Made by a program: the position numbers and the translations under genes. A stretch of 64,000 bases of DNA from Puccinia triticina (lineage: Eukaryota): assembly GCA_026914245.1 (NCBI GenBank), contig CP110439.1, positions 4,030,001 to 4,094,000 of the forward strand, in the 5' to 3' direction. The notes below the pieces were generated by a model. It saw only the letters and a list, made by a program, of their open reading frames with translations. It searched no databases and was not told the origin of the DNA. Positions 34,922 through 48,086 of the stretch are shown piece after piece; the stretch's first letter is position 1; each line of letters begins with the position of its first letter.

Positions 34922-37699
34922 TAATGGGTCATGAAGGAGTGTGTTGGGGTGCTTCCGTATGCAAATATTATAGCAACCACGGGTGCATGCCAGAGCCGCG
35001 CGGGTTGCTATATGCAAAACATGAGTTGCCATCGCGGTGTTTTAGCAACCCGAGTTTACCTCCCCGGGTGGAGATGCTCTAAGCGAGCAAACAAAACCCG
35101 TGATTTTTTTTGAGCGCTCTCCACGCCTAGCACTATGTGGTTCGGCTCGGGTGGCCCGGGCTTGAGTCAGCAGAGGGGGCTTATGTAAGAATCGCACATT
35201 GCTGAGCACGGAATTGAATGGTGCAGATTCCAGCATCATGTTCTTCTTTTCTTCACCAACCCGACTGCTTGAAATCCGTACCCTGCTCATTCTCGAGGAC
35301 AGATAGCTGGGAACTGAAGGCAATGGAAACAACACGCGAGGTGAGAAGAGTGGAGCAGTGGGTTAAAAGCATCTCCCTCTATTTTCCTCGTTATCCTTAT
35401 TTTCTTCCCACTTTTCATCATTTTTCGACGATCTATTCGAAGTTAGAAAGAAATTGAGAACCACGTCTCTCCTAATGGATTGAATCAAGTATCACTTTGA
35501 TTTGAACGATGAGTGGGGATTTATTTTCAAGCTGGATAGATGAAATAAAATGAAGGTAAAAATTATATCCAATAAGAAGGAAATATCTTCGATTTTCAAC
35601 CCTTCATCGTCATGACCGAGAAACTCGAGAGCTGAATATTTAACTCCGGGGACGAGTCAAGCCAAGGAAACAAGCGAACAAATAACAGTCTGCATCAATA
35701 TACTGTACCACTAGTTTTGCTGTTTGCAATTGAGGCAGTCGGTTCTTCGGGTGTAAGGCAGTTCATATCTGCCAAGTACATCTGATCCGTGCTGTTGAAT
35801 ATTCAGGACATCGTCCGAATGCTTTTGTCGCTCCGCTAGGGTCGTGGGTATCGGGAACTTCTGATACAACCGATCGCATATGACTCCGTGAGTTGGTCCC
35901 AGGGGTACCGATGCTATTCTATGTGGAACAATCTTGAAGTGATCTCCCATCCTGTTGCGATCAGAAGTACGAAGGGGGATGCTTGCCACCAACAACCGCT
36001 TCGGAGCGCTGAGTACCACAAATCGAGGAAACCTTCCGGGATATGTTCTCCCTCGACCCGTCAATAATTCTTGACCAAAAGTGCACCAAGTTGTCGTTGG
36101 AGGGGCTTGACATGTGAGGCACGATAAGTTCCGATAGGAAGATGATCTGACTGAACAATGGGCGCGAGCTGGATCCTATTGGTAGGATCCTTAATGCCTT
36201 GCTGGAAGCGGTGATGCTTGTGATGGACTCCGTGGATAGGCCGGAGTGAAGGGGTCGGAGCGAAGGAACCGGTGCAAAAAAAAGAAAAAAGAATGGAATG
36301 GCGAAATGAGACCTAGAGTAGGAGGCAATAGAACAAATTGTCAGGATACCTATTGGACCTCTTGTCTGATTGACATTGAACTGAGACTACACACCTTTAA
36401 AGAAAGTTCGCCAACTCTTTCCTTAGGATGCATGATGTAATATCAATGCCACACGTAATTTTTTTGGGGTGCCCCAGCGGATACGCCCGCTTGCACCTTT
36501 CCTGGAATTACGATAAGTCCGATGCTAAGCAAAAGACATTGGAACTGTGTTAGCGCGCCTCTGGGTCTCAAGAGCTGCACTTAAGCTTCTTGCTGCTATC
36601 CTAAGTAAGAGGAGAGGAATTTTCGGGTTTTAGCTCATTGAGTGAGTCGACTTCGTTGCACATTCTGCAACAAAGTTGTCCACTTTGTCAGATTGAGGGT
36701 TTGGCAAGAAGAGATTCCTCCGGAGTACATTGCAGATATCAGCTGCTCCAATTCCAAGAAGGAAACACAATCCCTTGGGACAAAGATGTCTAAACAGCTG
36801 TATCTCGTTGGGCCAGGTGGATGTGCCCACATATATGTGAACCATTTAGCTCTTGCGGCCCTGCAAGGTACATTTGAGGAGTAAGAGCTGAAAATTAGTT
36901 TGTTGCAAATGATAAGTAGAAGAAATAGAGACCCATGACAATGCTTCAAAGGACTATTAACTGTCAATGGTACTCGTCTTGACATAGGTCTACAAGTCCA
37001 GGCGCTTTGGTTTGCCCTATGAATGGCATCTAAAGAGTAACATCTAGACTTTAGTTCGTTTGTGCCAAGAAGGAGAAGATGAGAAGAATGGCTGACCCTA
37101 CAAACCACCGAGGGAAATTGTCGGTTGTAGTATTTGTGACTTCAAGTCCGGGAACTTGCAGTCACTTTTTCTACCCCGCCTGTGGAGTAAGAGCTAGAAT
37201 TTAGTGCGGTGCTTCGGATAAGGAGAGAAATAATGACTCACATCTTACCTCAAATATATGAAAGTTGATTTATTCTTCGGGACCCATAGTTCGGGCGCAT
37301 TCTCAGTCGCCCTTGTCCATTGCGTGCGTGGATTGAGAGCTAGAGTTGAGCTTGGTTCTTCTATAGATAAGAACCAAAGAAAACTATGACTCACTTAAAC
37401 AATCCAACGTGCCCAACAGTCGTCAATACCAATAATAATTTAAAGAGCGTGCTATTTTCATTGAATTCAAGTCCATATGCCTTACGTCGCACTGTGAAGC
37501 GCTTCAGCGGAGAGGGACTGGTATTTTCAGAGAATCATCCGCGAAAGTAAGACAATGTCGCAGCAGGGGTAGTGCAGACATATTCTGGTGGTCCAAGCCT
37601 GAGATACAGAGCCAATTAAATCAAGAGATCAGAACGGAATATTGATGCTTGATTGCATATTGGGAGAGTTGAAGGTGAGCCAGGATGCGACCTGATTTC

Positions 37700-38110
37700 A
37701 GCAGATAAGGGGATTCAAGAAAACTGAGCATGTCAACGTTGAGCCTTGCTTGCTGGGATAGAAACCCAATTGATTGAGTTGATGGTTATGAGTTAAGAAC
37801 AATGCAAACGTCAACTTTGGATATTGTTTGCCGGGATAGTACCCAAATTTATCAAGTTGATGGCGATGAGTCAAGAACAATGCAAACATCACTGTTGGGC
37901 ATTGCTTGCTGGGAGATACAAGCCCAATTGGTCAAGTTGATGGTGATGAGTTAAGAACAATGCAAAAGTCAAAGTTGGATATTGTTTGCCGGGATAGTAA
38001 CCCAGTTTATTGAGTTGATGGCGATGAGTCAAGAACAATGCAAACATCAACATTGGACATTGGTTGTCGGGATAGTAACCCAAATGATCACATTGATGGT
38101 GATGAGTGGT
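37700..38110. repeat. ~78-bp tandem repeat, about 5 copies
   Basis: Recurring GTTGATGGCGATGAGTCAAGAACAATGCAAAC...GGGATAGTAACCCA; one minus frame reads FALFLTHRHQL..LGYYPGKQYP.LT repeatedly. Confidence 0.85.
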
Positions 38111-39094
38111 GAATGATGCAACATGATTCTGCGGAATATAATGGTTAGGTTGACCAATCATGACTAGACCATTCATCATGAAACAATGCATTTGTTGAAA
38201 ATTTCTTGAAGTGCAAAAAGGAATGGGCCGTAGATGATCAAAAGACATGTGATGGTTTAAGATCAAAGAATTTACATGTGCTACGTGGCAAGGATAGTTT
38301 GCAGTCACGTTCTGCTTGTGCTTCGCCACCAGGGTTTCCAAGGTCATATTCAATATTCAATGAATCCATGGACAAGGAATCCCATCTATTCTGAGTCAAG
38401 ACGGCAAAAGATATATACCTTAGATGATGTCCAACATATCTTTGACCGATGGAACCTTGACAGCAACAAATACCCCCCGGCATGATGCAGGAACTTGGAA
38501 GAAGTGGTTCTGACAACGATGACCAGAAAGAAGACTTGATTCGACAAGACACGAAAGAGTGAATATGTATCTGTGGAGTCCAGCCGGTCGGTCCAACTCA
38601 AGCCTCCAAGCGATAAAAGAGTGTGACAGGCGAAGACGATTGGAAAAATCTAAGTAAGCCCAAACAGGAGAGCGGTAATCAAATGTGGGAAGAGGAAGAG
38701 AGCGAAGTGGGAGCTGATGCGGATAGTAATTGAACAGGCGGGGGGAGTCCTCATTTTATAGACGAAATCAAGGGCAAAAACACACATGTTGCCGTGGAAA
38801 CCACTGAGCCGACCCATACCTAGGCTCCAAACAAAGGAGACATCATTTGTTCATATAATTCTACTTGAAGCCTACTCAATGTTTAACCTTCCGCTGAACC
38901 AAACTACATACCCTGTTTTTTGAAGTTTTCTTCGTGTTACGCGGAGCTCCAAATCTAATTACGTACGACTAGCTTGCCCTCCACCGTGACCTTTCTACGC
39001 GGTTTTGGTTATTTACCGGAACGGCAAGAATCGGTTTGCTCCGCATTTTTGGTATTGCCCGACGCGGTGTCGCAATCATCTGATTCTAATCAAC

Positions 39095-39203
39095 AATCAG
39101 TGTCTAGTTCCAATCAATTTCTAGTTCCAATCAATGTCTAGTTCCAATCAATGTCTAGTTCCAAATTCAATCAATATCTAGTTCCAATCAATGTCTAGTT
39201 CCA
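39095..39203. repeat. 17-bp minisatellite, about 6 copies
   Basis: TCTAGTTCCAATCAATG unit, one copy with a 5-bp insertion. Confidence 0.9.
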
Positions 39204-40775
39204 GATACTGCTAGTCACCCCTCATCGAACTCCCAATTTGCACTCACAGGGTGGCGGAAGGTTTCCCCCGTCATTGGCCAAAATCATATCCCGTGGGCAT
39301 AGTAAGTAGACGTAGACCGATCAGCGAACAGCAGCGAGCACTCTGATCCGTGAACAAGGCCAACCGTTTCTATCTTCTACAGTACAGACTAAGGATCGCT
39401 CTGTCGACGCCAGCGTTTCGTTCGAGCCGCTTGTCAAGATGGCTTCCATTCACTAGCCAAGAAGATAAATTTTCCCTCATTTTGGCCAAGCTCGCGTGAG
39501 TTTGAGTGCGGATTCAATGATCATTTTGGAACATAAATACACATATCGTTTGTCGGGAGGTTAAACATCTCATTCTCTCGGCACAAGATAAAGATAGTCA
39601 ATGGGGCAATGAAGCTTGGATAATCTGGGGCTTTGGGTGGGTGCAGAGTCAACCAATCCTGATAATTTCTCCATGCCCACTTTCCTTGATAGGTGTGTTT
39701 TTAATATAGCTTAAGGCGAACCAACGAAAAAGCACATGATTTCTTATGGACTCCAACTACAAGGATTTAGTGGATAATAATCCAATAGCGGAGTCAGGAG
39801 AGCGATGTAATCTGATGTAGTCGGACGCTCTCACCTGCTCGGCCTCAACTGCTAAAAAGACGCTACCAAACACTACAATTATAGTAACCAACTGAGGGGA
39901 GCTCGCGTAAGTTAGATTTCACTTTCGTATTGATCCAAGAAATACCTTCCAAGAAGTGGAAAGTTCTGTAGATAGAGTACTGATTGAGTTCGGGCCCGAT
40001 GTCGTATTTTAATCTTGACAGAATGAGTACTAGTAGGAAGAAATACCAAAATCCCAAACTTTAACAGAATCGCAGCTTATTTATTTAGCTCATTCTAACC
40101 TTGAGGAAATAAATCTATTCCATTGGCACCCTTTCTTGTCCAAATCTTTTGCTGGTACAGCACAAAGATTCACAGCACAGGCGGGAAAAGAGTGCATCGT
40201 ATTGCCTTTTAATCAAGGTGAACATGCAAGGATATATCTTGGTAAACAGTATTAGCTATCACGGGGAAATGTGCTTCTGTAAGACTGTGGAGGATGTGTC
40301 AGTGGACTGTGTAGACTCATTGTCTTAGTAGCGAGTCTGTAGTCTTGCATTGTCAAAAGGTTGACCACAAGTCCCCACTTTTCTGATGCGCTCACATGCC
40401 TGAACGACAATAACTCATAAGCTTCCGATTGGGCTAATGAGAGACGTTTCACATCCCTCTGCACCCTTGCTCCCATCGGGAGTCTTGTTAATTCAGAAGT
40501 TAAAACTGTGAGCGTGCTGGCCGCGTGGCTATAACCAAGTCGGCACCATATTGCACTACCTTTGCAGTCCTTCAATATCCGGCATCGTGGGCTAAGTTCG
40601 GTCCTTTGTGCCCGGCCGCATGGTCACTCGGCTGGTCGGGAGACCCACCGGACCGGACCGGTGGGGCGAGCTATAGTGGTCATCACGGTCATGAATGGTC
40701 TTCATGCAGCTGAAAGAGAACCATTTATTTATTTTCCTGCCTGTGGCCCCCAAACATAATCACAGCCGTATACAT

Positions 40776-42844
40776 ATGCTTCTGCCGCTCTTTGCATCAC
40801 TCTTTTCATTTCGGTCTTTTTACTCCTTGGCACTGGCAGATTATAGTTTGGGGTGGACCTTCTCTGCTTCCGAATGAGGTGATCCGGTGGCTGAACAATC
40901 CAATCTTTGTCCTGGGCTTATGTCTGATTGACGTCATGTCCGATTTCCTTTTGGCTTACACGCTGGTAAATTGGAGGATTTCCAGTCTGATGGTCTCTGG
41001 CTGGAAACGTGGTGCCATCCTGTGCCATCGTCTGAGGTGTGACTCGTGCTCTTCTCCCGAACTCACTGTTGCTTGTCCAAAAAGCTTGAGTGTCACTTCC
41101 CCCCTCGACTCTCAGAGTGAGCCTTGCCGATTACTCGTATATCATAACTTTCAAATATCATAGCTCATCCTAGTGATAAACAAGCGTCGCCCGGAGGATG
41201 AAACAACCTTCGAGTCACATCAATCGGCCCGCCAACCCTCTTTCTCAGCTGGGCTTACAGCAGCCAGGAAATCTCTCGCTAGGGTGGAGTCATCCGAATT
41301 CTTTTGGTCAACAAGCCCGTCCAGCTGACGACACATCCAGTAAGCAACTCAATATGATGTGCCGTTAAGCCGCGCTAATAAATAGCGGCGTCCTTGGTAA
41401 TCACTTAGCTTCGCATCGGGAGGAAGCCGGGACGGATTATGGAAAGCTGGATCAGAATCAGCTCTCCGGGGCGCTTGGTCACCATTGGGACTTCGGACAC
41501 TTCGGCCATGATCAGCATCCCGAAACTGGCTACCCTTCAGCCGCGGCATTGGAGTATCCGGGAGAATCCTCCCGGCTGTCCATGTCTGACGTCCCTGCTA
41601 ATCGACCTGACCCAGAATTTGATTCCACTTCCCATCCAGATTCCGCTCATTGGCAAGCTCAGCTCAGCGGCGTACTTCCCGATGCCAATCAAGCAAGGAC
41701 TTCACTGCTTGGACATTCGTCTCAAGGCGCCAGATCCTCTGCCTTTACGAGCTCTCAGAACAGGTCAAATCAGGAGCATAGCCATCAGGGACAATCTGCG
41801 GAGTCTAGGAAAAACACTCATTTTGACCGTACGCTTTTCTCAACAGCCACTTAGTGCGGCAAAAAATATCATATCGTCGCCTCGCTCCACGAAGTGTTGG
41901 GAAACTGACCCGGTATTCTCTGTAGAAACCTTCGCACCTTGGGATATCGGAAATAAACCTGTACATTCTTCGCCCGCAAATTTACCCAGTGCCTCCTCAT
42001 TAGTCGAGAATCCTGGTGACCAAAAATCACACCGCCGGAAGCGCAAGATAACCGATGTTCGTTAGGTCAGAATCATAGAGTCACCCCAATTTTCTTTTGT
42101 GCAAGAAGGTCTGAGGTATCTATTGCGTACTGCATTTTGTAAAATCTGTAGAGGCGAAGAGAGCAAAATAGAGCCCACCAGAAAGCGTTTCGAGAGAGAC
42201 GCGATGTAAGCACCTTGTTTAAACCTCTTGGTCCTATCAATTGATCTGGGGCTAGGGTCACGCAGGGTAGCTGACGCATTCGTTGTTCTTGACAAATGTT
42301 AGCTTTCATCGAGACAGAAAGATAGCGAGATATGCGACTTGGAAGAACGATTGAATCGACATGAAATAACTGGGAGAGAGTACGCAAATAATCGGCTTCA
42401 ATGCTTTGTATTTAAAATGGAAAATCAGGCAAAATTCGCTGACAATCTTTGTTAATGATGTGTTGAATCCATTACTTCGAGGTTAGACAAGGAGAAACGA
42501 TTAGGAATTTGCAAGCACAATTGGCCTCTGTTGAGAACTGGCACTCGAATCAAAATCCATCCAGTTTACCTGATTACTCGCGAGGTCACCAGCATGGGAA
42601 TTCTCTTCCACCCAACAATCAGAGCTTACCGCTATTAGAAAATCTGGAATTGGAAGCAAATCGACACCTTCTGCTCGCCATCCCGAATGCCAACCACCAG
42701 TCTGGAAGCGCACCCTTGCAATGGAATCATTCAAGTTCTCATTACGCTCCCAGCAGATCCATTTTCGATTCCAATCCACCGGAAGGAAGTACTAGAAACA
42801 ATCATTTACATCAGAACCATCAAGGTCCATCAACCCAGAGATGA
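40776..42844 (+). pseudogene. Possible degenerate secreted/low-complexity protein gene
   Basis: Signal-peptide-like MLLPLFASLFSFRSFYSLALA, then S/H/Q/P-rich ORF pieces (41549-41854, 42509-42844) broken by stops. Confidence 0.3.
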
Positions 42845-45324
42845 CCTTGGACGTCCACTCTCACTTTCTTAATTGGGAATTTTCCTCGGGAGATTCGCTA
42901 GCTCCAAGTTTTTCTTATCGTGAGCTTTCACCTACTATCTTTGACTTCCGAGGCCAAAAAAATCTGAATCAGCGCGATGTTACCGCTCTCGTAGCTAGCT
43001 GAGGTTCTGGACGAACAGTGAAATTGAAGCAATAGGAAAGCTCAAGTTTACAAATCAGTCTCAAATAGGCTTTTTTTCCTTCTTATTTTCATGTCGAGTC
43101 CGCAGCTTCAACTAAACACTATCAAAAACAGCATATCATCAAAACCATCCATGTATCATTGTTACCCGTCTCATCGTTCCATCTTTTTATACTACGGTCT
43201 TTCTTTTAATTGAGATGAAGGAAATGTGTTGGCATGTCAACATAGCCAAACGGTCAAATGTATATATCATGTTTTTTTAGAAAAATTCTTTGATCCCTTT
43301 TACCAGTTTACCTTCAATTTTTAGTCAGCTTGCTTTCTCATGGTGATCGGGGATCTTCAGATCAGAATTTGAAGTAACCTGGATTGTTGAATTTTCATAA
43401 ATTGCTTAGCTTTTTTTATGCTCCAATTTTTGGTACCTTTGGTTAATATATATCTTTGATATATCCATTCTCAAAAATCCTTCTATCCCCATTTTATTTT
43501 CACCTGAATTTTTGTGTTCTGCTTAACTGGCTTAAACCAGCTATTCAAACTGTCTCCAATTCAACATACCCCATGAAATATATCAGTAGCTTTAAGTTTC
43601 AATCAATCATCTTCAACTTTTGGGGGGTCTCCTTTTTTATAATAATTCATTCTGTGTCTGTCAGGGCAAAATCAGTTCCAGATGGACCAATGCACAACTT
43701 TCACCTGTGTTGAATCCACTTTCAACTCTCATGTACAGATCCAAAACTCTCCCTTGCAAATCCCTAAAAACAATGTGATTTTGTATATAGGATCATGTAC
43801 ACAATCTGTAGAGCCAAGTAGATTTTATATTTGTTAAAAAAAACAATGACAATGAAGACTGTTAGGGAAATTCTAGCTCTAACTTCTACCCAAACAATTC
43901 CTTTTTTTCTCTGGCTAGGCACACTTATGCACAATTTTTACTTGCATTTGATTGTGGGGTCTTGCTTCTAAGTTCTAAAGGAGGTCTGCCCCCCAATATA
44001 TACTTTCCAAGAAATCCACAAGCCTTATTTCAACAAGGTTTGGATGTTGATTTGGCAAATCAGCAGTACATGATCTGCCATATTTTAACCAAAGAGAAAA
44101 AATGGAGCACTTCCCGTCGAGAGCTACAGACCCTGCAGAACCAGATCTGCAGCCCCTGGGACAGCATTTCCCCGCAAAAATTAAGGTTTTCTACATATTG
44201 ACGGGAAGTCCTCCAATAATTTGTAAATACATATCAGCCCATGGCAGTCCAGTTGAATATGTGGTGTCTGAAGAGAGTGTTTAGCTCCTTTGCGGGGTTA
44301 CCGCATGGAATAGATGACTGCAGCGCGTTCTAGGCTTGACCTGAGGACTTCCCGTTGGTTTAGAAAGCCAGCTATTTGCAATTTTCTATTTGTATTTTCT
44401 TGAGCGCACAGAAAATGAAACCGCTTTTGTTGTCCTTCTAAATTTGTGGCCCTCCTGGCCTGCACTCTTCGCTCACATACATAATTCGCCACCAGGTTGC
44501 CGCGAGGAAACCTCCCGCGGCGATATGATAATAAGATGCAACATTCCAGTAGGCAACGGGACTGACCCATGTCAAAGACGAAGTTCTGCTTCCAGGAAGA
44601 TATCCAACCCGCAATTCAAGGAATCTGGAGCGAGGTCGAGCTTTGCGCCAGGCGGGGTGGCGTTTTGCGCCAGGCGAAGCGGCGCACGACGAGACGACGA
44701 CTGCAGCATGATCTTGCGCTGTAGCGAGTCATCAGTCAGCTGAGCATCCTGTGATTTTGATCCCTTGGGTGTGTGATTTCCTCGAGTAATCAGCTCGTCT
44801 TGAAACACCAACGCTTGCCAGAGAGTCTCCTTCGGGGGTGAGCTCCTCGGAGGGGCTGAGTTATGTACGTTAGCGCCCTTGTGCGCCTCCATGGCATGTT
44901 TCCATAGCGCGTGCATGGTCTTGGCTTGGCCCGGCCCCAGATGCGTCTCGCAATGTATATAGTAGTTGCCTTGGAGGCTGATAGTGATACCGGCGCAGAA
45001 TCTCCTCCCCGTGGCGGCACCAATTGGGAGAAGCTTGGTCCCTGATACTGTGGTTAGTTTTCCTTGTTGATGCGAGCACTGTGCATTCAGAAAATGGGCA
45101 ACCGAGTTCGTTCTGCGCTGTACCGCAACGGCCCCAGTCCTCCATTCACACCGGCTCAAAAGTCAAACGTGCAGTTGTGCACACCTCAGATAATCTCTGA
45201 CCGCTCCCCCCATCCTATCAGTTCTGCTATTGGACACGTCACAATACCTGGAACACTTTCCAAGAAACATAATAGTCCATATACATTCAAGAATCTGGTA
45301 AAAAATTGTCGACGAAAAACTATC

Positions 45325-46741
45325 ATGATTGCCTCACGCTTCGTCTTTGTTGCTGCGATCAGTTTGATAACGGCGAAGAGCTCTCAGTCGGCCAAAGTGG
45401 ATTCAGGGTGTTATCCTGAAATTGTGAACCAGGTTCATTGTCGAAAGTGCTTCTAAATTTCTTTCTATATTCCTTTTTTCATCACCGATATTGTTAATAA
45501 GCCCGGCAGCCTGACAATGACATCCTAAACAATTTTTGAAGAGCGATGGGTTACATCAAACTAGCTGATAAAACTATGCACCTTCCAGGGAATGAAAACC
45601 AAATAACGACGTTAGCGGGCAACTGTCGTGTGAGTCTCTGATCTTGTGTTTTGGCTCCATTTTCAACATCTGAACACAGCAACTGTACTGATTAATGACC
45701 ACTTCTTGCACCAGTTCATTGTCTGGAACAAAAAATGGATTCAATTGGTGTGAGTCAGAAGGAGTGGGTTCAATCTGTTGTCAAAATCGGCAAATTTGTG
45801 ATTTTAAAGCCCGTTCTTGTTTTAGCTCCCCCATGCAAGTAAACGAAGCCTACATTGAGCATTTCAAGAAATGTCCCGGCAAGGTTTGCGGATGGCTTTT
45901 TTTTTTGGCAGAAGTTGAACTTGGATGGATTGAGTAGCTGAAAAGACTTTCTCGGTTCATGACTTGAACACGTAGGCTGGTAGGACTGTCTTTCCGAGTA
46001 ATAAGGAACTCGTTTTAGAGATCAAGTTGCGTGCCACACCTTCTACACAATTGGACCCATGGGAATCGGATGGCGGTCTCCTCAAGCCGTACTGCTATCG
46101 GGCACCTGGAGCCCGAGCCGTCGGCTCAAAAGATGATTGCATCATGTATGTATGTCAACTTTTTACTTCAACAGAACTTCAATTTTTCAGCTTCATCCGC
46201 TGAGATCACGCTCGACTTTGATTTTGTTAGAGCCTACAACACAGTCCCGGTTGATCCCCGCACCGGGTATATCACTCGCACCTCAGGGTTCCAAATAACC
46301 TACAGATCATGCATGGTGAGTCAAACCACTCCTTGAAAAGTTTCGAAGAAAAAACACATCTTTCCATCGGGTTGACCATTTGACAAGATAAATTTCCATT
46401 AGATAAGAATGGACACCACCGACGGGTCACCAAATAAAATGTGAGTGCTCCACGCAAACCAGTCAATTTTTTCACGCTGCTGGCCCTGAATCCCTCTGCA
46501 TTCACATTTGGACGGAACAGGAAGAAGGTAGATGCTGACTCGGCCATCTTCGGGATGATTGAAAAATGTGACAAGCTGGTGAGCTCTTTTAGGTTCTGGG
46601 GTTTACAGCATGTCGGCAAAAACAAACCACTTATCTGAGAATGCCACCTAACAGCCCGGTGTGGTGAATCTGAACGGAGCTTCGGGACCAAATGGGAGAC
46701 TCTTTGTCCGCACCATCGGCGTGGATCCTAATGAAAAGTAG
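45325..46741 (+). CDS. Small secreted cysteine-rich protein (candidate effector), 9 exons, 8 Cys in two 4-Cys units
   Basis: Signal peptide MIASRFVFVAAISLITAKSSQS; exons read in frame through GT-AG introns: GCYP..VHCRK / AMGYIK..AGNCR / FIVWNKK / ..HFKKCPGK / AGRTVF..PYCY..DDCI / AYNTVP..TYRSCM / IRMDTTDGS / ..MIEKCDKL / PGVVNLNGASGPNGRLFVRTIGVDPNEK*. Confidence 0.8.
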
Positions 46742-47870
46742 CTTTCAAAACTCTTCATTCCATTTTTATCAATACACATCAATGCGCATCAGTCTTTGAA
46801 TGCCTAGTCTTAATTATTTTAAATGGTTTGGAACTGGTGAAAAATCTGTTTATTTGCATATGCTTGACTCGCCCATGCCTGAGGATCCAGTCGCCACCAA
46901 GAAGTGATCATTGACAAAAGAAATTACAGGCTGGAGAAGCTGACAGATTGGCTTACATCCAAATCAAATCTTAGCAAATACAGTAGACTCATCGGTGCTA
47001 GTCATCCTAAAGGTCTGGCTGACCACCACCCTGTTTGAATGCATCATAAATGTAGGTGTTATATTGCACAAATCATGAATAAAAAACAAACTATTCAAAA
47101 TGTGGTACCTGAATGGCTTTCAGGAAAGGTGAAGAACTTATCTCCTCCATATTTCCATCAGATTCAAAACAATTGGCTATTTTCACTGCCATAATAGCTA
47201 TATTACACTCTTGACCAATATAAATTGTAATATTGGTTTTATGGTACTGAAGATGGTCAAATTATTTCCAAAGACAAAACTATTGAGGGTATCAGGTGTT
47301 CAAATTGCTTGAAAGAGAAATTAGGTACCAAATTTCTAAAGGGGTTTTTTTATCTAATGATTTGTACAATATAACACCTACAGCCATGATGTGTCCAAAT
47401 GAGGCCTTTATGATGCATGCGTGCACAATTCAACTTGGAAGACCATAAATGTATGTGGGTCAGGGAGGTTGGGGCAGGCAATGAGGCTCTGTAGTGGCGT
47501 GAAAATGGGAGGTAAATTTGAAAAATTGAAGAAAGTCAAGTGGTTATTGGTGCTTCTGAAAAAAAAATCACTTGACAAGAGTAATATGTTTGCTTCTTTC
47601 TTTATGCCTTTTCATGGGCTGTTCTTGTTCTCTTTGCTTTTTTTTTCTTGAGTATAGCCTCTCCCACCCCTTCCCCCAAACTTAAATAATTTTTTTCTTG
47701 CCCTAGCAGATGAGTTATCAACCTTGCATGACATATGGAAAAGCACCAAACCTCCCCAGGTTTCTTCAGAGACTTGATCAGCCTTGCAGGGAAGAGATCC
47801 AGCAATTAGGGGGTTTCAAAGTAGACCCCCGCGTGCATGCAGGTCACTTTGCCTAACCCAGTTTTGCGGG

Positions 47871-48086
47871 CACTGCCAGCATATTTGACTGGGATGAAGA
47901 CATCCCAGTTTAACTGGGATGCACTCAATCAATTTAAAATGGGTTGATCTCATCCAATGAAATATGAAACCAAGGGGGGTACCTTGTATTTATATTTCAT
48001 CAGTTGAGATCAACCAAGTTTAAATTGGTTGAGGTCATCCCAGTTTAACTGGGATAACCTCAACCTAGCCAATTATGTTGGCAGTG
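47871..48086. mobile_element. Foldback MITE with CACTG...CAGTG termini (CACTA-like)
   Basis: Near-perfect 216-bp hairpin, including CATCCCAGTTTAACTGGGAT twice; GGG on both flanks. Confidence 0.75.

Larger units (their letters stand above)
33791..35079. mobile_element. Non-autonomous PIF/Harbinger (Tourist-like) element, TAA TSD
   Basis: TIR GAGCATCTCCACCCGGGGAGGTAAAC at both ends; TAA at 33788-33790 and 35080-35082. Confidence 0.88.

Noticed and set aside
37700..38110. CRISPR-like repeat/spacer array
   Set aside because: The whole 78-bp unit is repeated, so there are no unique spacers.
39095..39203. CRISPR-like array
   Set aside because: 17-bp units are contiguous with no unique spacers, no cas genes, eukaryotic context.
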